From an uncultured Kiritimatiellota bacterium (lineage in GTDB: Bacteria > Verrucomicrobiota > Kiritimatiellia > RFP12 > UBA1067), in contig CAKURH010000004.1 of assembly GCA_934675625.1 (NCBI GenBank), positions 640-64,639 on the forward strand: a stretch of 64,000 nucleotides of DNA. The letters are read 5' to 3'. The notes under the pieces are model-generated. The model was not told the origin of the DNA, made no database searches, and saw only the letters and a list, made by a program, of their open reading frames with translations. This document shows, piece after piece, positions 1-8,781 of the stretch (position 1 is the first letter of the stretch; every line of letters starts with the position of its first letter). Both the position numbers and the translations under genes were made by a program.

Positions 1-1131
1 CGCCGCGTCGAGCGCCTGCTGGTGACGGGCAACCACGAGGTCGGGCAGTGGCCGGGCCTTTGGGACGGCATCCCGGATGCGGAGCTGCGCCGGATTCGCC
101 TTGACTATGACCGTGCGCACCTGGAGGCGAACTGGAAGCGGATCTTCCGTGAGGACTACCGGCTCGTCTGGCGGCGCGAGGTGAAGGGCGTGACGTTCAT
201 CGGCTGCCAGTATCCGCGTCCGGGCACGTGGCACAGCCCGGACATCTGCGCCGGCATCCGCGCGCTGGCGAGGGATCTGCCGGCGGACCGCCCCTTCTTC
301 TACGTCCAGCACGCCCATCCGGCGCACACGTGCTACAGCGAGGTCGGCGGTGCTGTCGCCGAGTCGGAGTCCAGCGCGGCGTTGGCGGGCTTTCCCCGGG
401 CGGTCGCGCTTTCGGGGCATTCCCACAACACGCTCTGCGACGAGCGCTCCGTCTGGCAGGGCGCGTTCACGTCCATCGGCTGCGGGTCGGTTGCGGAGGC
501 AGGCCCGTGCTATCCGGGCGTGCCGTACGACAACGGCGGCGCGCCCTATGGCCCGGAGTATGCGAGCCAGCGCATGAAGTGTCCGCCGCAGGTCGGCAAC
601 GATGGGCGGGGCTGCCTGTTCGTCGAGGTCTACGCCGACCGACTGGCCGTCCGGCGCCGGTCGCTGTCGTTCGACGAGCCGCTGGGGCCTGACTGGATCG
701 TGCCCGTGCCGGCGCGCCTGGGCGGCGACTTCGACTTCAGCCGCCGCCGGCTGGCGTGGCCGGCGCCGCAGTTCGCCGCCGTGGCGCGGGCCATGGCGGA
801 AATCCCGCCGCAGGAGCCGCCGTGCGCGGGGCCGGGGCTTGTGGGGCGGCCGGTGGTGCGCGTCTCGTTCCCGCAGGCCGAGTCCGTCGCCGGGTCGCGC
901 GTCTTCGACTACGTCGTGCAGGCGTTTGCGGGCGGACGGGAAGTGCGGCGCGCCGCCGTGCTGGCGGTCGGGTACGACTTGCCGGAATCGCGTGCCGGCA
1001 CGGGCGGCGAATGCCTGTTCGGCGTCCACGAGCTGCCGAAGGGCGTGCCGACCGTCTTCTCGGTGACGCCGCGCAACTGCTACGGCGCGTGCGGCCGGGC
1101 GCTGCTGACAGACGGCCTGATTCCCGCTTAG
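1..1131 (+). CDS. metallophosphoesterase (calcineurin-like); 5' end outside the window
   Basis: Frame-1 ORF is open to position 1. The translation contains LVTGNHEV (GNHE) and LSGHSHNT (GHxH) metallophosphatase motifs. Confidence 0.7.
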   Translation, partial: RRVERLLVTGNHEVGQWPGLWDGIPDAELRRIRLDYDRAHLEANWKRIFREDYRLVWRREVKGVTFIGCQYPRPGTWHSPDICAGIRALARDLPADRPFFYVQHAHPAHTCYSEVGGAVAESESSAALAGFPRAVALSGHSHNTLCDERSVWQGAFTSIGCGSVAEAGPCYPGVPYDNGGAPYGPEYASQRMKCPPQVGNDGRGCLFVEVYADRLAVRRRSLSFDEPLGPDWIVPVPARLGGDFDFSRRRLAWPAPQFAAVARAMAEIPPQEPPCAGPGLVGRPVVRVSFPQAESVAGSRVFDYVVQAFAGGREVRRAAVLAVGYDLPESRAGTGGECLFGVHELPKGVPTVFSVTPRNCYGACGRALLTDGLIPA

Positions 1132-1169
1132 CCGACCAAGTCCCTCTCTGTCATGGGGCGACATTAGGA

Positions 1170-1637
1170 ATGCGGTCGAAGGACGAAACGCCGGAGGGCG
1201 CGGCCTTGCCGATTCTGAACGCGCTCTATTCGACGATCCAGTATTCGATGGTTCTCGCAAGGATACGTCCCGACCACCGGGAGGTGATCCGCCATTGGCT
1301 GGACTTCTCGCGCCGCCACCGCGACGCGCTCGTGAAAGGGCGTTTCACGCCGCACCACGCCGAGAGCGGCTACACGTGGGTCGAGGGGGAAAGCGAAACC
1401 GAGCGTGTCGCCACGTCCTATTCGGGCGATGTGGCCGTGCGCACGGGCGAACCTGACCGGACGGTCGTTCTCGTCAATGCGACGGGCGCGGAGGGGATGG
1501 TTGTCGATTTCGCGGCGCGCCCGGCGACGGTTCGGCTCTTCGACGTGTTCGGGAGGCCCGCCGGGACGGCCGCGCCGGCGGCCGGGCTCGTCCGTCTGCC
1601 CGTCCCCGCGTCTGGCTTCGCCGAGGTGACGTGGTGA
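1170..1637 (+). CDS. hypothetical protein; possibly the 3' remnant of a larger (glycoside-hydrolase-like) gene
   Basis: In-frame ATG at 1170 within ORF 756..1637, with good GC3 coding bias. There is no own promoter or SD. The product is only 155 aa and looks like the C-terminal beta-sandwich end of a bigger enzyme; that resemblance is weak and rests on recollection only. Confidence 0.3.
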   Translation: MRSKDETPEGAALPILNALYSTIQYSMVLARIRPDHREVIRHWLDFSRRHRDALVKGRFTPHHAESGYTWVEGESETERVATSYSGDVAVRTGEPDRTVVLVNATGAEGMVVDFAARPATVRLFDVFGRPAGTAAPAAGLVRLPVPASGFAEVTW

Positions 1638-1660
1638 CGGCGTGGGTGAGGGGTTGATTA

Positions 1661-1669
1661 TGGTATAAT
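1661..1669 (+). promoter_or_regulatory. extended -10 element TGGTATAAT, 9 nt upstream of ATG 1679 (leaderless type)
   Basis: Exact TGnTATAAT match, flanked by GC-rich sequence. Confidence 0.55.
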
Positions 1670-1678
1670 ACGCATGTC

Positions 1679-2875
1679 ATGACGCACACGACAGAGCTGA
1701 AACCGATCAACACCTCGATCTACGACTTCCCGACGCTGATTGGGCGGGGGTTTGTGTATGTCGACAAGACGGCGCAGATCTACGAAATCGCGAAGCCGAC
1801 GGCGGACGGGATCTACTTCTTTCCGCGTCCGCGTCGCTTCGGCAAGTCGCTGCTCATTTCGACGCTGAAGGCGCTCTTCCAGGGGCGGCGCGAGCTTTTT
1901 AGGGGTTTGGCCATTGAGAAGACGGACTGGGACTGGGAGACGGAGACGTATCCCGTCCTTCATTGCTCATCGACGAGTATGATGCGCCCATCGCGGGGTT
2001 GCTCGACGGCGACGAGCTGCGCGCGCAGATTCCCGCCGTGCGCAAGGCGCTCCACGACTTCTACGTCATCGCGAAGTCGCATTGCGGCGACATGCGCTTC
2101 CTGATGGTGACGGGCGTCAGCAAGTTCGCGAAGACCTCCATCTTCTCCGCGTTCAACAACCCGACCGACCTCTCGCTCGACGCGCGAGCGGCCGATCTCG
2201 TCGGCTATACGCACGAAGAGCTGGAAACGTATTTCCACGGGCACATCCAGTCGTTCGCCGACGAGCGGCACATTTCCTACGAACAGGCGTTTGCCCAGCT
2301 GCTGGCATGGTACGATTCCTACCAGTTCTCGCCTAAGCGCCTCGTGAAAGTCGTCAATCCCGTCTCGCTTGGGCGAGCGCTCTCCAGTCGCGAACTGAGG
2401 GGTTGGTGGGAGGCGACCGCCGGCTCGACGCTGCTTTATGACGTGCTGAAGGCGGCGAACAAGTCGCCGCTCGATTTTGCATCCGCATTTGCCCTGTCGA
2501 CGCTCGATGCGCCGGACGCGCTGGAGGCGTCGGCCGTCTCGCTGCTCTACCAAGGGGGGTATCTCACGATCGAGAAGCGTCTGGACGACGAACTGGTTGG
2601 CCTTCGCATACCGAACCAGGAGGTGCGGCAGTCCCTTGAGCGAGCCGCAGCACGCGACAGGGCGTCCCGACGCCGTGCTGACGACCGAGAAGGGAATTTA
2701 CGTCTTTGAGTTCAAGTACGGACAGTCCGCCGCAGCCGCGTTGAAGCAGTGTCGTGCGCGCAACTACGCCGCGCGGTTCGTCGATATGGCGGTGCCGGTC
2801 TACTATGTCGGTCTCAACTACAATCCCGCAGACGACGTGCGCACGGTGGACGAGATTGTCTGCGAACGGGCCTGA
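1679..2875 (+). pseudogene. decayed paralog of the AAA-ATPase-like / PD-(D/E)XK nuclease gene (PF09820/PF08011 type)
   Basis: Three successive reading frames (1679-1963, 1963-c.2645, c.2645-2875) each align by eye to the intact paralog at 59579..61180. Shared blocks are FVYVDKT, RPRRFGKS, LFRGLAIE, (L)IDEYD, GVSKF and the C-terminal VFEFK. Roughly 70 and 85 codons are missing at the two frame breaks. Confidence 0.8.
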
Positions 2876-2996
2876 TTCGGGCGAATATGGGCGAGCGGGC
2901 CTCCTTACCGTATACCACAGGTTTTCCCAAAAAAGATAGTTCCGTATCTAAAAAAGTTTAGTCAGCAAAGGGTGGGTTGCGCGGGGCTGCGGGATT

Positions 2997-3005
2997 TGAT
3001 ATCAT
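2997..3005 (+). promoter_or_regulatory. extended -10 element TGATATCAT, 6 nt upstream of ATG 3012 (leaderless type)
   Basis: TGn + TATCAT lies directly before the start codon, and no SD is present. Confidence 0.45.
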
Positions 3006-3011
3006 ATTTAC

Positions 3012-3677
3012 ATGGTAAAGCGGCTCTATCATGGCAGTCAGAACGCGGAAGTCAAGCCTGAATATGGGCTTGGCGATGTTCGTCATGATTTTGGCAAGGG
3101 CTTTTACATGACCGATTCGCCTGAACTGGCCAGTGAATGGGCTGTTTACCGTCCGAAGTCGCAAGACGGATGGGTTCACGCTTTCGATTTGGACTTGAAC
3201 GGCCTCAATGTCCTGGACTTCCGACATACGGACAAAGTGTTTGCTTGGGTGGCTGAACTGATGAAGCATCGAGATGCCGACGAATCTGCGGCCTACCGTC
3301 GGCGGGCTCCGTCTTTTATCGAGAAATTTGGCATCGATACGGGAGCATGCGATGTGCAGGTCGGATGGCGCGCCGATGCCTCCTATTTCTACATTGTCAA
3401 GGCTTTTGTGCGGGACGAGGTTGATGCCGATTGCCTGCCCGACCTCTTGAAACTGGGTGGGTTTGGCGTTCAGTACGTCGTCAAATCTCCGAAGGCCTAT
3501 GAGCAATTGCGGTCGTTGCCTGAATTCCGTCAAGCGGTGCGCTTTGCCGAACATCATGAGTCGTATGAAATGCGGGATGGTGCGGCGCGTACGAAAATGC
3601 GTGAATTGATTGCCGATCCGTCCTTTAATCGCTTGGAACGACTGTTCTCAGATCTTGTCCGGGAGGTTCGCCAATGA
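3012..3677 (+). CDS. DUF3990-family protein (possible ADP-ribosyltransferase-fold enzyme)
   Basis: The motifs RLYHGS, DFGKGFYMT, ASEWA and GWRADASYFYIVKAF match my recollection of DUF3990 (PF13151). The region is lower in GC than its surroundings. Confidence 0.6.
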   Translation: MVKRLYHGSQNAEVKPEYGLGDVRHDFGKGFYMTDSPELASEWAVYRPKSQDGWVHAFDLDLNGLNVLDFRHTDKVFAWVAELMKHRDADESAAYRRRAPSFIEKFGIDTGACDVQVGWRADASYFYIVKAFVRDEVDADCLPDLLKLGGFGVQYVVKSPKAYEQLRSLPEFRQAVRFAEHHESYEMRDGAARTKMRELIADPSFNRLERLFSDLVREVRQ

Positions 3678-4123
3678 CGCATCCATACGACGCTTCCTAT
3701 CTTCAGGAGATTGCAGAGACACAAGGGGCTCTCTTCGAACGGTTGCAAGATGTCGCCCCTGCGGTGGATGGAATCGACTTCGTGCGCACGTACATGAAAA
3801 GCCAGACGCGTGCGTACATCGACAAGGGCGATGTCTATTTGGCGACATTGGGACCGGCGGGGCTGATGGACTACTATCGGCGCGAAGAGCCGACGGAGCT
3901 GAAGCCGGGTGCACCCTTAAGGGGTTTCGCGCCGAATTGGATGGGGCAGTTCTATGCCCAGTACCAGTGGCAGACCGGCATGCTGAGTTGCGATGTGGTC
4001 GAACAGGTTCCGCCTGAATGGCTGGCGACCTCCTATCAGGGCCTCCATGATCTCGACCTTCCCCTCGCCGTCAATAAAGTCGCTGCGGAAATGAAGCAGA
4101 GCGTTTTGGGGGACAGGCCCTAA
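3674..4123 (+). CDS. hypothetical protein, translationally coupled partner of the DUF3990 gene
   Basis: ATGA start/stop overlap at 3674-3677. The ORF encodes 149 aa with no motif I recognise. Confidence 0.5.
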   Translation: MTHPYDASYLQEIAETQGALFERLQDVAPAVDGIDFVRTYMKSQTRAYIDKGDVYLATLGPAGLMDYYRREEPTELKPGAPLRGFAPNWMGQFYAQYQWQTGMLSCDVVEQVPPEWLATSYQGLHDLDLPLAVNKVAAEMKQSVLGDRP

Positions 4124-4353
4124 ATGATTCGCGTGATTCAAATGAACGCTCATAAAACCTTCGCGGCTGCTGTCAAGTTCGCTTATAAAAACAGATGAAA
4201 CAGATGTAAGGTGGTGCGCCTTTCGTCTAAATGCGAATCTTGTTCGGAAAATTCTTGGCGCGAAACCAATGTCGGATGTTCACTTGTTGGGGCGCAGGGA
4301 AATCTGCCGATGAACGGAGGCGTCGGTGTGCGGCAGACAAACGAAGCGAGATT

Positions 4354-4362
4354 TGATATAAT
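4354..4362 (+). promoter_or_regulatory. extended -10 element TGATATAAT with a c.57-nt leader to ATG 4420
   Basis: TGnTATAAT match. It is followed by a 7-bp inverted repeat, ATTCCAG(11 nt)CTGGAAT, at 4361-4385. Confidence 0.45.
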
Positions 4363-4419
4363 TCCAGTGTTGGCAAATCTGGAATTAAAATCGAAATCTG
4401 TCAGAAGAGAGGGCGAGAC

Positions 4420-5679
4420 ATGTATATTCCGCGTTTCATGGACAAGTTGCTGGCGCACGCGATGGAGACGAGCAACACGGTATTGGTCACGGGGCCGAGG
4501 CAGGTCGGCAAGTCGACCCTGATTGAGCACCTGTTTCCGGATCGGCGCTATGTGACGCTTGACGACCCGTTTCTGGAGGAACAGGCAAAGACGGATTCGC
4601 GCACGTTCATCCAGCTCAATCCTCCGCCGGTGACGATTGACGAGGTGCAGCACGCGCCGATTCTCTTCCGATTCATCAAGCAGGAGGCGGACAGGAACAG
4701 GAACCGGAAGGGGCTCTATTGCCTTTCGGGGTCTCAGCCGTATCAGCTGATGCAGGGCGTGAGCGAATCATTGTCCGGGCGAGTGCGGATTTTGGAGATG
4801 AATGGCCTGTCATTGCGGGAGCTACAAGGAGATGCCTTTTGCGAGCGTGTCTTGCCGACTGACGAGTATGTTCATGCTCGGGCGAAGACGGCGAAGGATC
4901 CGGGGGGAATCTGGCCGATCATCCATCGCGGCGGATATCCGGCACTGCAAGATCCCGAACAGGACTGGAATGCGTATTACGCGGACTACGTGAAGACGTA
5001 TCTGGAACGCGACGTCCGAAGCCTCAAGGCCGTTCACGACTTGACGGCCTTTCGCCAGTTCATGGTTGCCGTCGCCTCGCGCACGGCGCAGGTTCTGAAC
5101 TATTCGAACATTGCGGACGAAATCGGAAAGGATGTCGGTACGGTCAAGAGCTGGATTTCGATTTTGGAGACGTCGGGAATTGTCTCCTTGCTGCCGCCCT
5201 ATGCGTCGTCTGAACTGAAGCGCACCATCCGGGCGCCGAAGCTTCACTTTCGGGACATGGGGCTCGTCGCTTACCTGACGCGTTGGCTGTCGCCTGAAGC
5301 ACTTGCCTGCGGCGCGATGGCCGGGGCCGTGTTCGAGAGCTTTGTCGTTTCCGAAATCCTTAAGGGATTCTCGAATGCCGGGCTTGAATACCGCGATTTC
5401 GTTTCGTACTATCGAGGCCGGGACAAGATCCGCGTGACGCGCGAGGGGCGGAAGGTGGAAGCCGAATGCGAAATCGATCTTGTCATTGAGGAAAACGGCG
5501 TCCTTTATCCGATTGAGGTGAAGAAGGAATCTTCGCCAAAGGCCAATGACGCCGAGGCTTTCGTCATTCTTGACAAGGTGAAGAACAAGGTTCGGGGACA
5601 AGGGGCGGTGGTCTGCAATTGCGCGGCGCCCCTGCATCTGCGGGAAAACCTGTTGGCCTTGCCGGTCTGGTACTTGTAG
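4420..5679 (+). CDS. AAA+ ATPase with DUF4143 C-terminal domain (PF13173/PF13635 type)
   Basis: Walker A is GPRQVGKST and the Walker-B-like motif is VTIDEVQ. A winged-helix-like middle region is followed by a C-terminal EIDLVIE..YPIEVK nuclease-like motif. Confidence 0.8.
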   Translation: MYIPRFMDKLLAHAMETSNTVLVTGPRQVGKSTLIEHLFPDRRYVTLDDPFLEEQAKTDSRTFIQLNPPPVTIDEVQHAPILFRFIKQEADRNRNRKGLYCLSGSQPYQLMQGVSESLSGRVRILEMNGLSLRELQGDAFCERVLPTDEYVHARAKTAKDPGGIWPIIHRGGYPALQDPEQDWNAYYADYVKTYLERDVRSLKAVHDLTAFRQFMVAVASRTAQVLNYSNIADEIGKDVGTVKSWISILETSGIVSLLPPYASSELKRTIRAPKLHFRDMGLVAYLTRWLSPEALACGAMAGAVFESFVVSEILKGFSNAGLEYRDFVSYYRGRDKIRVTREGRKVEAECEIDLVIEENGVLYPIEVKKESSPKANDAEAFVILDKVKNKVRGQGAVVCNCAAPLHLRENLLALPVWYL

Positions 5680-5771
5680 GCGCAGCGGCACGTCGGTCGA
5701 TGACGTAAAGCCGATGCGGCAGACCGCCGATCGACCATGGGGGCGTGTGCTACGCGCCCGTTCATGTTCTT

Positions 5772-5780
5772 TGGTATAAT
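5772..5780 (+). promoter_or_regulatory. extended -10 element TGGTATAAT, 7 nt upstream of ATG 5788 (leaderless type)
   Basis: Exact TGnTATAAT match. Confidence 0.55.
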
Positions 5781-5787
5781 ACGCGGC

Positions 5788-6312
5788 ATGAAATTGAAGT
5801 CTGTTCTTCTTGTCCTGTCCTTCCTGCTTCTTGCGTCCCTCTCCGGCTGCGGGCCGTTCTGGGTCGACCCGTACATCACGGTGAAGGAGAGTTCGCTCAA
5901 CTGGGTGATCATCCACTACTACAACATGAGCCGCGAGCCGATTCGCCGCATCGGCGTCGAGATCTACGGCAACGGACTCGTCCTCGTGAAGAAGGGCACG
6001 AGCGAACTCGTCTCGAACGACTTCGCCAAGCGGCACAAGGACGACGACTGGGGCCAGATCAAGACGTTCCGCCTGCAGATCGACCCGAAGGAGGCGAACG
6101 ACATCTTCCAGAACCTCGTCAACTTCGGCGTCCTCGACCGCGAGAAGACGTTCAAGTCGTCCAAGAAGGCGTCGCACGACCGCTTCATCGCCGTCAAGGC
6201 GAACCTCTGCAACAACACCTACTCGGACAACGTCAACATGTTCGAGGAAGACCCCGACCTCGCGGAGCAGCTCCTCGACGTCGTGCGAGAGTTCCAGAAC
6301 CCCGCCCTGTGA
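5788..6312 (+). CDS. lipoprotein of unknown function
   Basis: MKLKSVLLVLSFLLLASLSGC forms a signal peptide plus lipobox. I chose the internal ATG of ORF 5737..6312 because it follows the -10 element. Confidence 0.6.
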   Translation: MKLKSVLLVLSFLLLASLSGCGPFWVDPYITVKESSLNWVIIHYYNMSREPIRRIGVEIYGNGLVLVKKGTSELVSNDFAKRHKDDDWGQIKTFRLQIDPKEANDIFQNLVNFGVLDREKTFKSSKKASHDRFIAVKANLCNNTYSDNVNMFEEDPDLAEQLLDVVREFQNPAL

Positions 6313-6324
6313 GTGGGCCGATTT

Positions 6325-6333
6325 TGGTATAAT
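6325..6333 (+). promoter_or_regulatory. extended -10 element TGGTATAAT, 9 nt upstream of ATG 6343 (leaderless type)
   Basis: Exact TGnTATAAT match. Confidence 0.55.
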
Positions 6334-6342
6334 GCGTCCGTC

Positions 6343-7572
6343 ATGAACCTCGGAATGATCTTCAAGGTCGCGGTTCTCGCGATTCTCCGCAACAAGACGC
6401 GCGCGCTCCTCACGTGCATCGGCATCATCGTCGGCATCGCGGCGGTGATCGCCGTCCTCGCGATCGGCAAGGGCGCCTCGACGATGATGGTCCGGGAGAT
6501 CTCGTCGATGGGCAACAACCTCATGATGGTCTTTCCCGACCGTCACCGCAAGGGGCAGGTCAAGAGCGGCATGGGCGCGGGCCAGACCATGACGGCGGGC
6601 GACGCGGAGGCGATCCGCCGGGAGCTCGGCCACCTCGTCGCGGCCGTCTCGCCGACGGTGAACGTCAGCTGCCAGCTCATCCGCGAGAACCGCAACTGGA
6701 ACGCGCGCGTCTCGGGCGTGAGCTGCGACATGCCGGAGATCCGCAACTGGCAGGTCGCGGAGGGCCGGTTCTTCGAGGAGTCCGAGCAGCGGGCCTCGCG
6801 GCGCGTCTGCGTGATCGGCACGACCGTGAAGAGCAACCTCTTCGCCGAGGACGAGGACGCCGTCGGCCAGACGATCCGCATCGGCGCGATGCCGTTCAAG
6901 GTCGTGGGCGTCCTCGCGTCGAAGGGCGCGAACGGCTGGGGCCAGGACCAGGACGACACGGTGATGGCGCCCTACACGACGGTCGGGCGCGTCCTCCAGC
7001 GCTCGAAGTTCCGCTCGATCAACATGATGAACGTCTCGCTCAACTCGATGGACGACGTGGCCGAGGCGAAGCGCGAGGTGACGGCGCTCCTGCGCCAGCG
7101 GCACAAGCTCGCGGACTACGAGGACGACGACTTCGAGACGCGCGACACGACGGAGATCATGAACACGATCGGCTCGGTGACGGGGCTGATGACGGTGCTT
7201 CTCACGGCCGTCGCGGCGATTTCCCTCCTCGTGGGCGGCATCGGCATCATGAACATCATGCTCGTCTCGGTCACGGAGCGCATCAAGGAGATCGGGCTGC
7301 GCATGGCGATTGGCGCGACGCCGGCGTGCATCCTCTGGCAGTTCATCCTGGAGGCGGTCGTCCTCTCGACGGTCGGCGGCGCGATCGGCGTCGGCGTCGG
7401 GGTCGGCGTCGCGCAGGCGATCGGCGAGATCAACCACTGGCCGATCGTCATCGAGGTCTCGTCGGCGGTCTACTCCTTCCTCTTCTCGGCGTTCGTCGGG
7501 ATGTTCTTCGGGTTCTACCCGGCCTACCGCGCGTCGAAGCTCAACCCGATCGACTGCCTGCGCTACGAGTGA
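6343..7572 (+). CDS. ABC transporter permease, MacB/FtsX family
   Basis: An N-terminal TM helix is followed by a large periplasmic domain and a C-terminal FtsX module (LLVGGIGIMNIMLVSVTERIKEIGLRMAIGA). The protein ends ..ASKLNPIDCLRYE. Confidence 0.85.
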   Translation: MNLGMIFKVAVLAILRNKTRALLTCIGIIVGIAAVIAVLAIGKGASTMMVREISSMGNNLMMVFPDRHRKGQVKSGMGAGQTMTAGDAEAIRRELGHLVAAVSPTVNVSCQLIRENRNWNARVSGVSCDMPEIRNWQVAEGRFFEESEQRASRRVCVIGTTVKSNLFAEDEDAVGQTIRIGAMPFKVVGVLASKGANGWGQDQDDTVMAPYTTVGRVLQRSKFRSINMMNVSLNSMDDVAEAKREVTALLRQRHKLADYEDDDFETRDTTEIMNTIGSVTGLMTVLLTAVAAISLLVGGIGIMNIMLVSVTERIKEIGLRMAIGATPACILWQFILEAVVLSTVGGAIGVGVGVGVAQAIGEINHWPIVIEVSSAVYSFLFSAFVGMFFGFYPAYRASKLNPIDCLRYE

Positions 7573-7606
7573 GGCCGGCGGTCGTTTGACCGATAACGGC
7601 TGATTT

Positions 7607-7615
7607 TGGTATACT
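7607..7615 (+). promoter_or_regulatory. extended -10 element TGGTATACT with a c.70-nt leader to ctc
   Basis: TGnTATACT match at the head of the ribosomal-protein operon. Confidence 0.45.
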
Positions 7616-7689
7616 ATCTGCCGTTTTGGCCGTAAGAGTGTAGCGCGGGTGCGCGAGAGTATTGCGGAGAATTACCAGAAAAGGCAAAA

Positions 7690-8373
7690 ATGGATCAGAT
7701 TCGGATCAAGGCGGAGGCACGTACCGAACAGGGTACGGCGGCTGTCCGCCGTTTGCGCCGCACGGGGATGATTCCCGGTTCGGTGATGAAGATGAAGAAG
7801 GGCGGCACGGAGCTCGTGAAGCTTCCGGAGCACGACTTCATGATGGCCATGCGCGGGCGCACGGGCAAGCAGGTTCTCGTGACGCTTGACATGGACGGGC
7901 GGGAAGTCCCGGCGCTTCTGCGCGAAATGCAGAACGACGTCCTCAAGGGCACGCCCATTCACGTGGATTTCAGCGAGGTCTCGCTGTCCGAGAAGGTGCG
8001 CATCACGGTGCCGCTCTACCTCGTGGGCGAGGCGAAGGGCGTGAAGCTCGGCGGCGGCGTCCTCGAGCAGGTGCTCCGCACGATCGACATCGACGTCCTC
8101 CCGACGGACATCCCGGAGAAGTTCGACGTCGACGTGTCGGCGCTCGACCTTGACCAGACGCTGTTCGTGCGCGACCTCAAGCTCGGCGACAAGTACACGG
8201 TCGTGACGCGCGGCGAGCTGGCGCTCGCGGTCGTCAAGGCGCCGGATGACGTGCCGGCGGCGGGCGGCGCGGCGGCTGCTGCGGCGACGGACGCGGCGAA
8301 GACGCCGGAAGTCATCAAGAAGGGCAAGGAAGAGGAAGCCGGCGCGGCTGACAAGAAGGAGGAGAAGAAGTAA
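7690..8373 (+). CDS. ctc: 50S ribosomal protein L25 / general stress protein Ctc
   Basis: The N-terminus reads ..AEARTEQGTAAVRRLRRTGMIPG.. and the C-terminal tail is acidic/Lys-rich. The gene sits directly upstream of rpsF. Confidence 0.85.
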   Translation: MDQIRIKAEARTEQGTAAVRRLRRTGMIPGSVMKMKKGGTELVKLPEHDFMMAMRGRTGKQVLVTLDMDGREVPALLREMQNDVLKGTPIHVDFSEVSLSEKVRITVPLYLVGEAKGVKLGGGVLEQVLRTIDIDVLPTDIPEKFDVDVSALDLDQTLFVRDLKLGDKYTVVTRGELALAVVKAPDDVPAAGGAAAAAATDAAKTPEVIKKGKEEEAGAADKKEEKK

Positions 8374-8762
8374 TGAAGAAGTACGATGCTCTCTACATCT
8401 TCGTCGGCGTCGCCAAGGACGACGCGGTCGAAGCCCCGCTCGAAAAGGCGCTTGCGGAAGTGACGCGCCTCGGCGGCAACGTCCTGGAGAAGGTCGTCCT
8501 CGGCGGGCGCACGTTCTCGCGGCCCATGAAGAAGCGCGACCGCGGCACCTACGTGAAGGTCCGCCTTGAGCTCGATCCGGCCAAGGTCGACGAGCTCGTC
8601 AACCGCTACCACCTCGTCGAGGACGTGTTCCGCGTGCAGATTCTCGCGGTCGACGACCGTCGCGAGGCGAAGATCGCGCAGGAGCGCGCCGAGCGCGCCG
8701 AGATCCAGGCGAAGAAGGACGCGGCGGCCGCCGCGGCGCTCGCCGCCAAGATCGAGGCCTAA
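8373..8762 (+). CDS. rpsF: 30S ribosomal protein S6
   Basis: The N-terminus MKKYDALYIF is typical. The gene shows conserved rpsF-ssb-rpsR-rplI synteny and a TAATG overlap with ctc. Confidence 0.9.
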   Translation: MKKYDALYIFVGVAKDDAVEAPLEKALAEVTRLGGNVLEKVVLGGRTFSRPMKKRDRGTYVKVRLELDPAKVDELVNRYHLVEDVFRVQILAVDDRREAKIAQERAERAEIQAKKDAAAAAALAAKIEA

Positions 8763-8781
8763 GTCAAGAGGGAGTGCCACG

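Noticed and set aside
4822-7437. 871-aa minus-strand ORF spanning the DUF4143, lipoprotein and MacB permease genes
   Set aside because: It lies antisense to well-supported genes. The product is a low-complexity Arg/Asp/Glu/His-rich sequence typical of spurious ORFs in high-GC DNA, and it has no start context.
7616-7689. Ribosomal-protein leader or autoregulatory RNA upstream of ctc
   Set aside because: The c.70-nt leader is real if the promoter call is right. I could not identify a convincing conserved structure or any known leader motif by eye.
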